In this document: piece by piece, positions 19,938-30,577 of the stretch | Layout: every line of letters begins with the position of its first letter | How positions within the stretch are numbered: position 1 is the stretch's first letter | Virus record (IMG/VR): IMGVR_UViG_3300007512_000011 | Coordinates: 50,968-114,967 of that record | DNA length: 64,000 nt | Origin: a virus | Strand: one strand, 5' to 3' | Notes under the pieces: generated by a model | What the model saw: only the letters and a program-made list of their open reading frames with translations | The model's database searches: none | Told to the model about the DNA's origin: nothing | Position numbers and translations under genes: made by a program

Positions 19938-22900
19938 CTAATCTCCCCTCTCACTGTCAATAGAGCTAAAAGTGCTAGCTGTACGATTGCCATCATTATA
20001 TTTCGACTTTGAGCCCTCTCCATTATCATCAGCAACATCACCTGCAACATACTCCATAACACTTCCGACGTTATATACCGGTCCTCTGTTGAATCCGCTG
20101 TGATCGATACCAGGTGGCAGATCGTGAATCACATCAAATGCCATCGTAATTTTGCAAGCCATTGGAGCTCGAGAATTCCAGTCAATCTCCCACGGAAACT
20201 CCATCCAGTCAAACTCTAAAGACGTAATTGCGCCAGCCAGGCCCCTGCCTCGAGATGAATTAAATGACTTGACAATTGGATTGTTGTCCTCATCCATAAA
20301 TCTATCCACATTAGAAAGATTTGGTGATATTTGGTCAGCTGGAATTCCGGTAGCCTTAGCAGCAGTATTTACCACTGTGTCAAGAAGGGCCTCAGCAACC
20401 ACCCCTACTCCCAGGGTGGGTAGGACTGTTGTGTTGAACAAAAAGTTTGGATTTGGCATGATATCTGCATGCGTCACAAGTATTGTCTTTCCTAACATTT
20501 GATTTGAAGCATTGAGATCCACTATCTTCACCCTATACAGCGTGCGAAAGCTATTCATACTACTTCTCTTAGGGCCCCTAAATGTTCGATTATCACCACT
20601 CTTATTCACAGGCAGGTCAAGTCTGGACGATCTTTTACCGCCCAGAGAAGAATTTTTAGATTTCTTTTTCGCAGACCTAGACTGACCAAGAATCATAATC
20701 TTCAGAGGTCGCACAACTTTAATTTTTTTAGCTGTATCATCCTCAAGCATATACCCATTTCCCATGGTTGGTCTTAAAAAGTGTGTTTCAAACTTTCGAT
20801 AACCGTATGCAGAATTATTATCAGTTGCATTACTGCTTATGGTGTCTGCCACTGCTTGAACAGCACCGGGAATTGTGGAGCTGAAGTCTGAGGTGTTTCG
20901 AACAGAGTCTGGGTCCATCATTCTATTCAGAATGGTTCCAATTGCAAGTGGATTAACGAATTCATTTCTAAGGAAAGTGGACAAAGCACTACGAGCAATC
21001 TGTGATCTCTGGGTTCCTCCAAGAAGAGGATCAAAAGATAATGCTAAAGGTGAGCCAAACAATGTATAGAAGTAAGTGTTAAGATTTGCACTTATTGCCT
21101 TTTCTGTGGCAGCATCGAAAAAACTAACTGTCTTGTCAATAGCATTGGAAATCTTAGAATTGCCCATGAGCTCAGAAAGAGCGCTTGGTGTCTTAGGTGA
21201 GACACCTGTGTCGCCTATGCCAAACATTCTCGCAAGATTAAATTTTGAATAATTGCTCTTAACAACATCTCCGACACGCAATCTAATGATGGGTGAAGCT
21301 CCAAGCACCTGTGAAAACGGCTGAATAAACTTGCTTGTTTCTCCCACCTTAACCATGTCGCCCTGGGTCCACTTGGGATAGACTAGAGTCACAAGTTTAT
21401 TGATCTTGAACCACATCTCATCAAAATCCTGCTTGGAGGTCGAGACCGCATAAAAGCTTAGGTTTATCCTTCGACGGGTTCCTGCATACATCTTAACAGC
21501 ATCCATCCTTCCGTAGCCCGTCACATCACCTGAATAGTTTGGTGAGTAAGCATCTCTAAGATTACCCAAGAAGGCATGAAATGTCACGATCTCATTTGTT
21601 CTAATATCGTGAAAGTAAAACGGCACGTACTCGGCATCAAGTGTATCTTCCATGCGCTGGACAATGTCTGATGGGATTCTTGCATTGGTGCCCTCCATTG
21701 TGCTATCCAAATAGGTCTTTTCAACAAGACTCGATCCCATCATACCCTTGAGTGGGTTTGTTCCTGCACCAACTGTTCCCATTTCAATAGATGCCTTTAT
21801 AACGTTCTTTGGAACCATATACAGTGCTGGCACCGAATTACCTCGCCAGGCAAGAGACAATGCTGTATTTCCATCCCCTGATCTACTCTTTGAAATACGT
21901 GTGCTTGGGCTATCAGGCAGTCGATCCACGTTCCAAGGACCGACCTGATCGTCGACAAGACTAAAATCGTCGCTGCCGCCGGCCATGCGAAAGCTAACAT
22001 CACCAACTGTTGCTGCCACATTCAAAAGAGAGATAAGCTTATTTTCTTCTAGCTTCTTAACAACATTTTGAACTAGAGCTGAATTTCTTTCTGGTGACTG
22101 TGGAAAGATGGGTGGTGGTCCTTTGATAGCAAGGGATATCTGACCCATATCCTTCGCACCTCGTAGAACAGATCGAGCAATTGCAAGCCAGTATGAGGGT
22201 GCCTCAGCAATGTGCTGACTTTTTGACACCGCCCGCTTATCAGACCCAAGCCCTTCACTAGAAGTGGGACTCTTATTGTCAGTAAAGAAAATCTGCAATC
22301 CCCTTAGAACACACTTATCATATGGATAGTCAGTGGGTGTGATTACAAGTTTCTTTAAAAGATTAAACTTTTCGTTTAGACCTACGCTCGGCCCTTGTCC
22401 AGGAATGTATGGCCCTGGATACAACGCCTGTTCCTCAGCTATACTGGCTGATATCTGGTCAAAAAGCGTCCTCGAGGCCTCCAGCAATGCGACAACAGCA
22501 GCAATGGCCTGCGCCCTTATGACATCGGAATCAAACTGTGATTCTGGTGTGTATGTTGACCCATGTGATTTAGCAGAAGCTGTGATGTCATCGTGTGTTA
22601 GCAGATCACCTCGACCATCTCTTGCTGACACCCCTTTTTGATCACCCACATCAATGGAAGGTGCCCCTAAGGCATTTTGAGCCCTCAAGACCGCGGGATC
22701 GATAAGACGAGGTGAGATTGGTGAATCATTGTTCAGGTCATTATTATTAGAGCTCGCATTTCTCGGTAGACCCGTCTTGCTATCGCCAGGTGATAAAGAG
22801 TCATCCCATCCAGCTGCCTTGAGCATGAGAGAGAGACCCACCTGCTTTAAATCGTCCATCACAACGCTATCCGCTTCCTTGTTATAGGCTCCAAATTCAC

Positions 22901-23594
22901 GCTGCGACGTTGTGGTGCCGAGCCCTAGTGTGCCATCCTCAAGGAGGCTGACCGGTGTTGGATTATTTGCAAATCCGCTTGTCTCTGCACCGCGACGAGG
23001 TGCAAACCTGTTGCGAAACTGGAGAGAGCCCTCTGCAGCTTTTTCAACATCAGACATGTCCCTATTTCCAGCAGGAAGTGTCCTGCCTGTCTGGTCCATG
23101 GGATTCCCTTGCACATTAGAAAGAAGTTGGTGGGCGTCAACTGTCGCCTGGCCATTTCCTGTCTTGTCCACCAGATCGCTTAAAGGTACATCTGTATTGT
23201 CAAATTGTCCGCTATTAGAATACTTGCTCAGTGTAGAGCCCAATGTAGTACCCTGCCTCACGAAGGGCTCATCGACTCCCTGGTCCTCTGCAGGAGATAG
23301 CACATCACCTCGATTTGACGAAGCAGCCTCAACATTTCCTGGGTTAACCTTAAATGCCTGCTCAGGCCTAACGAGATCCACAACAAACCTAAGATAATCA
23401 CCAAGTAATCCTGTCTGGATATTCTGAAGGTCTAATAGCCTGGCGTCGTCAGCATTAGGGACAGCTGGATCACTGCCTAGATCGTCACCCTCTGACATCA
23501 TGCCATCGCCGTCGAGATCATCTAGGACATAACTAATTCTACTCTCTGTCGCACCAATTGAGGCGAGAAAGTCCTTTAAGGTTTGTCTTGCCAC
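19938..23594 (-). CDS. Baseplate / tube-initiator-like virion protein
   Basis: FHAFL..L.D.YSPNY....YGRMDAVKMYAGTRRRINLSF and GAITSLEFDW...WEID, a tube-fold pattern; lies downstream of the tape measure. Confidence 0.55.
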   Translation of the reverse strand: MARQTLKDFLASIGATESRISYVLDDLDGDGMMSEGDDLGSDPAVPNADDARLLDLQNIQTGLLGDYLRFVVDLVRPEQAFKVNPGNVEAASSNRGDVLSPAEDQGVDEPFVRQGTTLGSTLSKYSNSGQFDNTDVPLSDLVDKTGNGQATVDAHQLLSNVQGNPMDQTGRTLPAGNRDMSDVEKAAEGSLQFRNRFAPRRGAETSGFANNPTPVSLLEDGTLGLGTTTSQREFGAYNKEADSVVMDDLKQVGLSLMLKAAGWDDSLSPGDSKTGLPRNASSNNNDLNNDSPISPRLIDPAVLRAQNALGAPSIDVGDQKGVSARDGRGDLLTHDDITASAKSHGSTYTPESQFDSDVIRAQAIAAVVALLEASRTLFDQISASIAEEQALYPGPYIPGQGPSVGLNEKFNLLKKLVITPTDYPYDKCVLRGLQIFFTDNKSPTSSEGLGSDKRAVSKSQHIAEAPSYWLAIARSVLRGAKDMGQISLAIKGPPPIFPQSPERNSALVQNVVKKLEENKLISLLNVAATVGDVSFRMAGGSDDFSLVDDQVGPWNVDRLPDSPSTRISKSRSGDGNTALSLAWRGNSVPALYMVPKNVIKASIEMGTVGAGTNPLKGMMGSSLVEKTYLDSTMEGTNARIPSDIVQRMEDTLDAEYVPFYFHDIRTNEIVTFHAFLGNLRDAYSPNYSGDVTGYGRMDAVKMYAGTRRRINLSFYAVSTSKQDFDEMWFKINKLVTLVYPKWTQGDMVKVGETSKFIQPFSQVLGASPIIRLRVGDVVKSNYSKFNLARMFGIGDTGVSPKTPSALSELMGNSKISNAIDKTVSFFDAATEKAISANLNTYFYTLFGSPLALSFDPLLGGTQRSQIARSALSTFLRNEFVNPLAIGTILNRMMDPDSVRNTSDFSSTIPGAVQAVADTISSNATDNNSAYGYRKFETHFLRPTMGNGYMLEDDTAKKIKVVRPLKIMILGQSRSAKKKSKNSSLGGKRSSRLDLPVNKSGDNRTFRGPKRSSMNSFRTLYRVKIVDLNASNQMLGKTILVTHADIMPNPNFLFNTTVLPTLGVGVVAEALLDTVVNTAAKATGIPADQISPNLSNVDRFMDEDNNPIVKSFNSSRGRGLAGAITSLEFDWMEFPWEIDWNSRAPMACKITMAFDVIHDLPPGIDHSGFNRGPVYNVGSVMEYVAGDVADDNGEGSKSKYNDGNRTASTFSSIDSERGD

Positions 23595-23815
23595 GCCTTG
23601 ACTCCTTCAGGTGTAAGTAGATCGTCTAGCTCATCTAGGACTGATGTCCTGTCATCCTTGCTCATAAGAAGTGACTTCATCCCATCATTTATTTGTTGTA
23701 GCTTCTCTGATAGCCTCTCAATCTCGGTCTCTACAAGCTCCTTGTCAGCAGGTGTCAAATTCTCAAGCACCTCCTGATAAAGATCGTTTGCTTTTACACG
23801 GTCGAATAAGCTCAT
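23576..23815 (-). CDS. Small hypothetical protein
   Basis: Overlaps both neighbours; late-type motif ATAACTAT (plus strand) at 23837-23844. Confidence 0.5.
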   Translation of the reverse strand: MSLFDRVKANDLYQEVLENLTPADKELVETEIERLSEKLQQINDGMKSLLMSKDDRTSVLDELDDLLTPEGVKAWQDKP

Positions 23816-25743
23816 GGTCCAACTCTCTCTGTGCTTATAACTATGTTGTTGCTGCCGGCGGGATTGCTAATAATCCGGTCAATTATGGGCTGACCGTCTA
23901 GCTGAACTGTGACCTGAAGAGGCTCGGATGTCTCACCGGTTGTCGCCATGATCTGAGAGATGAGCTCCTCGATCTTCTCACCCAGGCCTGTTAGCTTTTC
24001 GACTGCATCTGCCTGGCCTAGATGAACAGAATTAAATGCCTCTAGCAAAACTTCTGTGGGACGAACATCAACAGTTATATTCTCCAAGCTCTCGGTCGTT
24101 CCCTTAACAGCAGCTTCTATCGTCTGGGCAGTGCTATTAAGACTTTCTACTGTGCTAGATGCACTGTCTGCAGCGCTGGCGAGATTGTCTTCGCCAACAG
24201 CAAGAGCGTCTGATGCAGCAGTGGCCATGCTGCTATAAAATTCTTTAGTAAAATCCTTACCAGCTTCTAGTAGTTCCTTGAGTCCACCCTCCTTAGTCAA
24301 GTCTCCCAGCTCCTTGATCTTACCCATGAACGCATCAACATCTCCTGTTGTCGCACCTAGCTGTACAGCTGAAGTGGCAAGATTTGAGATCTCTAGTGTG
24401 CCAGTTGCAATTGAGCGTGACATGTCAGCGGTGCCGATCAAAAGCAACTCATTGACAAACTTATTGATTCTGGTGGCAGCATCTGTTATGGGAACAATGT
24501 TGTCCACCATCTGTGTTATGTCCTGCTCGACCTGATCAGCGTCTATCGCACCGCTCATTGCATCCATCGCATCAGCCACAGCATTGGCTCGAGTTGGATC
24601 AATGAGTCTGTCAACAGCACTGATGTCTGTCAGACCTGTTGATTGCATAATCAACTCCTTCTCAGCCCGTGTATAAGACTCCAGTGAGCGACCTGTTGAG
24701 ACGAATCCCTCCCTGAGACGTTCTAGGAATGCACCCTGGTCCTCGTTGGCCAGCTGCATTAGCTCCATCGCATCTAGCTGCATTCCAAACACTGAGGTTA
24801 GATCACCGACGGCGGTGGCGGCTGACTCAAAGCTCTGGAACTTGCCAACTGTGGCATTTAACTCCTGGAAGTTCAAACCCGTCACGTAGAGCGCTGCGGC
24901 GATCTTGGATGCCTCCTCTGGCATTACATTACCAAAGCGTTGTGTGTTGGATATAATCTGCTCTATGTGTCCTGCTATCTCCTTGTCAGAGGCACCCACA
25001 GCTTTCGCCACCTGGCTAGAGAAGACGTTGACCTCCTTCAGCATAGTTCCGGTGGCCTTACCGGTCAGGTCCACCTCACGAGAGATAAATGTTGCCACTT
25101 GCTCTGTCGAGAAGCCTAAATTCTTACCTGTGAGTGCCATGTCTCGTGCCAAATTCTCATTTGACGATCTCATGACTGCGTAGTTTTCTGTGGCGCGATC
25201 CTCGACTAGATATCGAAAATCCTCCATGTACTCATCAACATTTTTAAAGATATCATTTATGGTTATGCCAGTTGACAGAGCAGTCTCTTTACCCAGGTCA
25301 GCATACTGTGAAATCATTCGCTCCGTGACATCAGCTGTCGTCTGCGCACTCTTATTAGATAGATTGGCGTAGTCCTCAAAGCCTCCGCCGAAAGTGTTAA
25401 TCACCCTTAGGTACTGATCGCTGAATGGTTGTGCTGCGCGGATAGCACCCTGCATACCATCAAGTATCTTTGCGAGGGCTCTAGCAGAGGAGCCCTCTGC
25501 TGCATCTGCAAGACCCATCATCTCGGATATGGCCTCAGTCGCTCCTCTGTAGCCTGCTGTTACTGCCCTCGCCTGACCGCTGGGGCGGGCCAGGTCACCT
25601 GTGGCGCGCCTGGAATCCCTTGCCCGACTTTCGGGACTGTCACCTTTTTTCGCGAGCTCCGCCCAGTCCACACCAGCAAGTGTATCTGCGGTACGCTGGG
25701 CGTCCCTGAGCAATTTGTTGATTTGATCGGCAGTCCAGGCCAT
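23812..25743 (-). CDS. Tape measure protein (probable)
   Basis: Ala-rich helical composition; position directly after tube and chaperone genes. Confidence 0.65.
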   Translation of the reverse strand: MAWTADQINKLLRDAQRTADTLAGVDWAELAKKGDSPESRARDSRRATGDLARPSGQARAVTAGYRGATEAISEMMGLADAAEGSSARALAKILDGMQGAIRAAQPFSDQYLRVINTFGGGFEDYANLSNKSAQTTADVTERMISQYADLGKETALSTGITINDIFKNVDEYMEDFRYLVEDRATENYAVMRSSNENLARDMALTGKNLGFSTEQVATFISREVDLTGKATGTMLKEVNVFSSQVAKAVGASDKEIAGHIEQIISNTQRFGNVMPEEASKIAAALYVTGLNFQELNATVGKFQSFESAATAVGDLTSVFGMQLDAMELMQLANEDQGAFLERLREGFVSTGRSLESYTRAEKELIMQSTGLTDISAVDRLIDPTRANAVADAMDAMSGAIDADQVEQDITQMVDNIVPITDAATRINKFVNELLLIGTADMSRSIATGTLEISNLATSAVQLGATTGDVDAFMGKIKELGDLTKEGGLKELLEAGKDFTKEFYSSMATAASDALAVGEDNLASAADSASSTVESLNSTAQTIEAAVKGTTESLENITVDVRPTEVLLEAFNSVHLGQADAVEKLTGLGEKIEELISQIMATTGETSEPLQVTVQLDGQPIIDRIISNPAGSNNIVISTERVGP

Positions 25744-25783
25744 TAATCACTCTCCACTAGCATACATATTGTGCTGCTAGAAA

Positions 25784-26053
25784 TCACTTAAAACGTTTTG
25801 GACCTATCTTTGTGCCTATCTCACCCATTGGCACCTCACGCACTGTCGTGTTAGGACTGCTCTGTGATCTCTTCGCTGCTTTGTTGCGCTTTTCAAATTC
25901 TTCCGACAGTCTCTCGATGAACCAGACCCGATACGGAATGGGTAAGGTTCTCACGTCAGAATAATTCATGCCAAGGTGATACTGCAGCAGAAAGGCCTGC
26001 TCTAGAAACTGGGCCCTGGTGTTATCCTGTGGGCCAAAAAAAATTGGAACCAA
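25784..26053 (-). CDS. Tail/baseplate assembly chaperone, C-terminal part (probably reached by frameshift)
   Basis: FLLQYHLGMNYSDVRTLPIPYRVWFIERL resembles GT/gp51-type chaperones; only a TTG start without SD; overlaps the upstream ORF at a T8 run. Confidence 0.6.
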   Translation of the reverse strand: MVPIFFGPQDNTRAQFLEQAFLLQYHLGMNYSDVRTLPIPYRVWFIERLSEEFEKRNKAAKRSQSSPNTTVREVPMGEIGTKIGPKRFK

Positions 26054-26864
26054 GGGGAAGGGCCACCCGTGAGTCGGCGCTGCAGTGTGGGCAGCTCATC
26101 CAGACCCTCATATCAACACCCGGTTCATGTTCACTAATGTAGTTTCTGAGCTTTCTAGAATCCTGAGCAGGCATGTTTCTCACAAACATTCCTAGCTTAT
26201 TTCTATCAGCCACATTATCAACTGAGATAATCTGGTGGGACAGTCTAGTTGTGACCATGTTTTCAGCACCGCTGTCCATCATCTTTCGACGCCTATCAGC
26301 TGTTGTGGTTATCTCATTCTCATCATAGCCTGTCAAAAACTTAAACTGCACGACCTTTCCTGTGACAGGTAAGCGAAACTCAAAGCGATTCTCACCCGGT
26401 GAAACAGGTTCAAGCTCCAGACGCTTTATCTCCATTAGTGACAGGTCAAAGTCCTGGCTGCTAGATCTAGCGCACTCGGGACAGGACACAGTTGCTCCGT
26501 ATGATGATCCGTATCCGGTGATTCGAACCGACACCATTAAAGCGTTCTTATCCCCCAGCAGGAGCTCATCTACATCCACAGTCTTGTCAAGCAGGCATGA
26601 CTCCAAAAGAGTCTTAATGACGGTGCCCTGTTGAATAAGAGCTCGGGAGGTGAGAATGTCCTCCTCCTGTGCAGTCATCGCCTTTATCTCTAGCACATGT
26701 CTAGCGTGCATCGTTGAATTGGGATGATAGACCTTTCCCTCTGACGGAACTGGAACTGCTTCAACTGGAACCTGCCAGCCAAAGTCACTCTGCATCACGT
26801 CATGTTTTTGTATTCCCTCAGTTAGATCGTCCGGGTGGGACGCGCTCTCTTGCTGATCTGACAC
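26022..26864 (-). CDS. Baseplate hub / tail assembly chaperone (T4 gp26-like)
   Basis: VPSEGKVY, MTAQEEDIL, two CxxC pairs, C-terminal FFWP. Confidence 0.75.
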   Translation of the reverse strand: MSDQQESASHPDDLTEGIQKHDVMQSDFGWQVPVEAVPVPSEGKVYHPNSTMHARHVLEIKAMTAQEEDILTSRALIQQGTVIKTLLESCLLDKTVDVDELLLGDKNALMVSVRITGYGSSYGATVSCPECARSSSQDFDLSLMEIKRLELEPVSPGENRFEFRLPVTGKVVQFKFLTGYDENEITTTADRRRKMMDSGAENMVTTRLSHQIISVDNVADRNKLGMFVRNMPAQDSRKLRNYISEHEPGVDMRVWMSCPHCSADSRVALPLGSNFFWPTG

Positions 26865-26885
26865 GTAAAAACCTCTGTTCTATCT

Positions 26886-26914
26886 ATTCTAGAACAGAAA
26901 AATTCAGCTGTAAA
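26886..26914 (-). promoter_or_regulatory. Sigma70-like promoter for the chaperone, overlapped by a 9-bp inverted repeat
   Basis: TTTACA-N17-TAGAAT; inverted repeat TCTGTTCTA/TAGAACAGA at 26874-26898. Confidence 0.6.
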
Positions 26915-26940
26915 CTTGTACTAGCTCTTTCCAGCTTCTT

Positions 26941-27432
26941 TTAGAACTGGAGAACACAATTATCAAAGCGCAGCGTGAGAGAAATCTCAACGGGCTCTGT
27001 GTCATTATCGTATGTCAATGTATTGAAGTTGGCATTCTCAAGAAAGGCTCCCTTCATGTCCCAAAGCTCGACCACTGTTCCAATCGGATCGAGAAGCTTA
27101 AGCTGGACGTCCCTCTTGTAGAAATCCGCATAGCCAGCGCGACCGGAAACACTTTCGTAGTGAGTGCGAATCCATTCCATTACCTGCTGCGCACCGGAAG
27201 GCGCGATGGGATCGTGTAACGTAATTGACATATTTTGAAAAGTGAGACGACCAGCAACGTAGCGCTTTGCATTTATGAAGGGAATCTCCTTCATGGCAAT
27301 GTTCATATTTGGTCTAGCTGCCGTCTTCATTAGAAAGGCATCAACACCCTCAATGGCAAAAACCCATCTAAACTGTCGCTTCGGCTCAAATTTATTAGGA
27401 AGCATATCTGTAACTGATAGTGTTTCAGCCAT
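26941..27432 (-). CDS. gp19: Tail tube protein (gp19-like)
   Basis: FEPKRQFRW, ITLHDPI, VMEW, YKRDVQL..LDPIG..VELW...GAF; follows the sheath genes. Confidence 0.88.
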   Translation of the reverse strand: MAETLSVTDMLPNKFEPKRQFRWVFAIEGVDAFLMKTAARPNMNIAMKEIPFINAKRYVAGRLTFQNMSITLHDPIAPSGAQQVMEWIRTHYESVSGRAGYADFYKRDVQLKLLDPIGTVVELWDMKGAFLENANFNTLTYDNDTEPVEISLTLRFDNCVLQF

Positions 27433-27493
27433 TGGCTCTTCTCCTTAAGGTAAGATCATTCTTAAATATCTGACTGCACATAATTCTTCTCTA

Positions 27494-30400
27494 CTAAACC
27501 TCCGCACCTGCATTTGTTACCACAAAGTCCAGCGCGATGAATTCTGCGGTTCGTGTAGGCTGTATAAAAATCTTTCCTCGAAGGGTATTATTTTCAACAT
27601 CAGCCTGTGTCGTTGTTGTCGTGTCAATCACCACCTTGTAGCGGTCCACACCGGATCTTTCTTGGATGCTCTGCAGAATCGGTGTTACTAGCGCATTAAA
27701 CCGATCAAGTGTCTCCTGCCTATTCGGCTCAAACAGCAGTGTGTTTGCAATGTTTCGGACAGATCGACGAATATCGATTAGAAGTCGACGAACATTTACT
27801 CGATCCAAGGAGGACTGTGATGCAAGCAGCGTCTTTTGTCCCCAGACCACAAGGCCTGTCCCAGGGAATGATGTTATCGGATTGATATCAGCATCATACA
27901 GATCATCTAGATTCGATCTCTTCAGTGGAAGTGAGGACCTAACTGCATTCAATGCGCCTCTGGAGAATCCAGCCGGTGCATACCAGGGGAATCCAATTGC
28001 ATCATTAAGTGAGAAAGCGCCTAGCACGCTAACAGAAGGGGGTACTTGAACATTGGTATTTGTCGTCGGATCAGTAACAATTGTATCTGGGAAGTATGCT
28101 GCTGCGAACGATGAGTCAAGGGCACGATCCTTAAATGCTGTGACTGTATTGCCCACATGAACCTGCTGCTGTGATCCTGTTACAATTGTGTTTAGTGTAT
28201 CTCTCTCCTCGACATCCATAATGTAGAGCGCATCAAATCTATCCTCTACAGCATCGATGGCAAAATCTGTAACAGCATCGTGCCTAATACCGGGAATTGC
28301 TAGAAGCTTAATGTCTACATCAGCCTTGGTAGCCATAATATCAACAGCCTTTCTGTAAGCTGCGACTGTGGAACCGTCTGTTCCTCCCTGATTTCCGGAG
28401 TCATCCATCTCTCTCTTAGCTGCAACATTAAGCAGATTTGCCTTTTCCTTGTTAAAGATGTTGACACCGTCAAATCCTCCCTGCAGAAAGAACGTGAACT
28501 TCGCGTACTTGCGATTTCCAGGCTTCCTAAGATCATCTGGTTTGAATGCGCGAGTCTTGTCTGCAATACTTGTTGGGATACTACCGTCTCTTGTGTAAGA
28601 AGCACTCACCCACTGCGACGGGTCAGCAAGGCCATCTGAGCCGGTTCGAATCTTAATTCTCTCAAGTGAGAATAGATTGTTATTGAATCTATCAGCATCC
28701 AAAACTGTTCCACCAGAATCTGCCTTTCCTGTATTATTACCAACAGATATATTTCTCACATCATCTCTAAATGATGAGAAATACGTTGTAAAGCTGTCAA
28801 TTGTCCTGTCGCGAACACCAACCCTATTTGGTTCGTCCAGACTGTCCTTTCTTGTGAACTGGACACCCCAATAAAGAGATGTAAGAGCTCGATCGTTCGG
28901 GAAGATTCCCACCTTCACACTCTCACGAAGCGGAACAGGTGGTTCGACGGTTCGCTTTAGAATTGTTAGTGAATCTCCAGCCTTACCCCATGTCGATTCT
29001 GATGCAAATCCAACATCTGTGAGAGGATCACTTCCTGATGTCACTAAGTGATTCGGACCTCTCATTCCCATTGGGAGTGAGTCGTTGGGAATAACTCCAT
29101 TCTTGAGCGCTGTGCTTTGCTCAATTCTTATTAGATTTGACTGCACTGGGTGGTCACCATCAACAACAATCTTTTGTGATCCAGCATTCTTATCAAAATC
29201 ATAAAATGTATTTTGATCTCCAATCACCCTTGCTACAAATCTATCTGATCCGGGATCTAGAGAGAGACCACGATATTGCTCAAGAATAGCCTTCTCATTG
29301 TCTGAGTCATAGTAATCCCGAACAATAAGATCAAAGTTTCCAAACTTATTTGTATCAGCTGTCGATTTCTGAATATTCTCAATAGAGATCTTTACCTTTT
29401 TATTTCCGATAGCACCGTCATCTAGAGAGTGTACCCTAAAGAGGTTGTACTTAGACCCACCAAAATCCTGACTGATGACATATGGTGAAACTGATGCAGC
29501 AAAACGTGTCTCGAAGTTCTCATAATCAGGTTGTGTTGCTGACCCATTGTTTCTTGCAGCACTACCTGTTGTCAGGAAAGCAATTGGCTCCAGGGTGTCA
29601 CCGCTCGGTAGTAGTGTTCCACTTCCGGGATACACAATGCCAACGCCCGTTACAACTGCAAGAGTTGGATGAATATCATAGCTAGAATAGAGAAGGTGTC
29701 CCTTCTTCTCTGCTAATAGCGGATCTGTGTTGAGGACATCAGCAAAGTAATTACTAGACCTAAGGTCAAAGGAGCATGTGATGACATTTGGATTTTCGGC
29801 GGTATTCTTATGCCCATTCAGAAGCATCACAAACTCCTGATTTGACAGGTTGACAGCACCTGTTATGCAGCCTTGAAGACTTGCTCCGTGATTGCCAAGT
29901 ATTGCTGGGCTTGTATTCGAGGGCTGGCCGTTTGATCCTGTGGCACTAACAGAAGATGCAGAAAGTGCGGGTATTACTCCAGAAGGTGCAAAAATCATCC
30001 CTCGAACAATTGGAACGGATCCATTCATACCTGTCCAGAAATGATTTACTCTATTTGATGCCTGATGAATGATACCCGCATCACTAAAGACTGTTGAACC
30101 TGCCGATTCCGACATGTACACACCAAGAATGTGTGTTCTTCCTAGATTTCCTTTATCCACAGCGTAGACATTTTTTCCCACACTGCCATTGTTCTGGGGA
30201 AGCTTCTGTCCAACTATGAACCCAGCATTCGTCACCTTGCCAGATGTTGCATTCTTCTTTTTGCCATCACCCACGCCAAGAACACGAACATATGTCAATG
30301 CTTGCGCATTTCTTAGCCATTCATTCACAGCGATTGGCCCGAACCTCTCACCGTCAGTGTTTCCAAAGGTATTTGCAAAATCTCTATAGCTAGCAACTGT

Positions 30401-30541
30401 TACAGGAACAAAGGCTGGGCCTCTTTCTGCAGTTCCAATCACACCAGCAGGTGTACCAACAGGCCCGCTCGTAGAGCGTCGCCCAGAGACGTCGATTTCT
30501 CTTGTGCTAACTCCAGCACTTCTGAAGACTATTTCGGCCAT
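27494..30541 (-). CDS. gp18: Tail sheath protein (paralogue 2)
   Basis: SAGVSTREID, GPAFVP, PWYAPAGFSRG, INPI..FPG..VVWGQKTL, LDRVNVRRLL, PTRTAEFIALDF. Confidence 0.92.
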   Translation of the reverse strand: MAEIVFRSAGVSTREIDVSGRRSTSGPVGTPAGVIGTAERGPAFVPVTVASYRDFANTFGNTDGERFGPIAVNEWLRNAQALTYVRVLGVGDGKKKNATSGKVTNAGFIVGQKLPQNNGSVGKNVYAVDKGNLGRTHILGVYMSESAGSTVFSDAGIIHQASNRVNHFWTGMNGSVPIVRGMIFAPSGVIPALSASSVSATGSNGQPSNTSPAILGNHGASLQGCITGAVNLSNQEFVMLLNGHKNTAENPNVITCSFDLRSSNYFADVLNTDPLLAEKKGHLLYSSYDIHPTLAVVTGVGIVYPGSGTLLPSGDTLEPIAFLTTGSAARNNGSATQPDYENFETRFAASVSPYVISQDFGGSKYNLFRVHSLDDGAIGNKKVKISIENIQKSTADTNKFGNFDLIVRDYYDSDNEKAILEQYRGLSLDPGSDRFVARVIGDQNTFYDFDKNAGSQKIVVDGDHPVQSNLIRIEQSTALKNGVIPNDSLPMGMRGPNHLVTSGSDPLTDVGFASESTWGKAGDSLTILKRTVEPPVPLRESVKVGIFPNDRALTSLYWGVQFTRKDSLDEPNRVGVRDRTIDSFTTYFSSFRDDVRNISVGNNTGKADSGGTVLDADRFNNNLFSLERIKIRTGSDGLADPSQWVSASYTRDGSIPTSIADKTRAFKPDDLRKPGNRKYAKFTFFLQGGFDGVNIFNKEKANLLNVAAKREMDDSGNQGGTDGSTVAAYRKAVDIMATKADVDIKLLAIPGIRHDAVTDFAIDAVEDRFDALYIMDVEERDTLNTIVTGSQQQVHVGNTVTAFKDRALDSSFAAAYFPDTIVTDPTTNTNVQVPPSVSVLGAFSLNDAIGFPWYAPAGFSRGALNAVRSSLPLKRSNLDDLYDADINPITSFPGTGLVVWGQKTLLASQSSLDRVNVRRLLIDIRRSVRNIANTLLFEPNRQETLDRFNALVTPILQSIQERSGVDRYKVVIDTTTTTQADVENNTLRGKIFIQPTRTAEFIALDFVVTNAGAEV

Positions 30542-30577
30542 TTAGAATTCTCCGATAGTGTCATACATACATATTTT

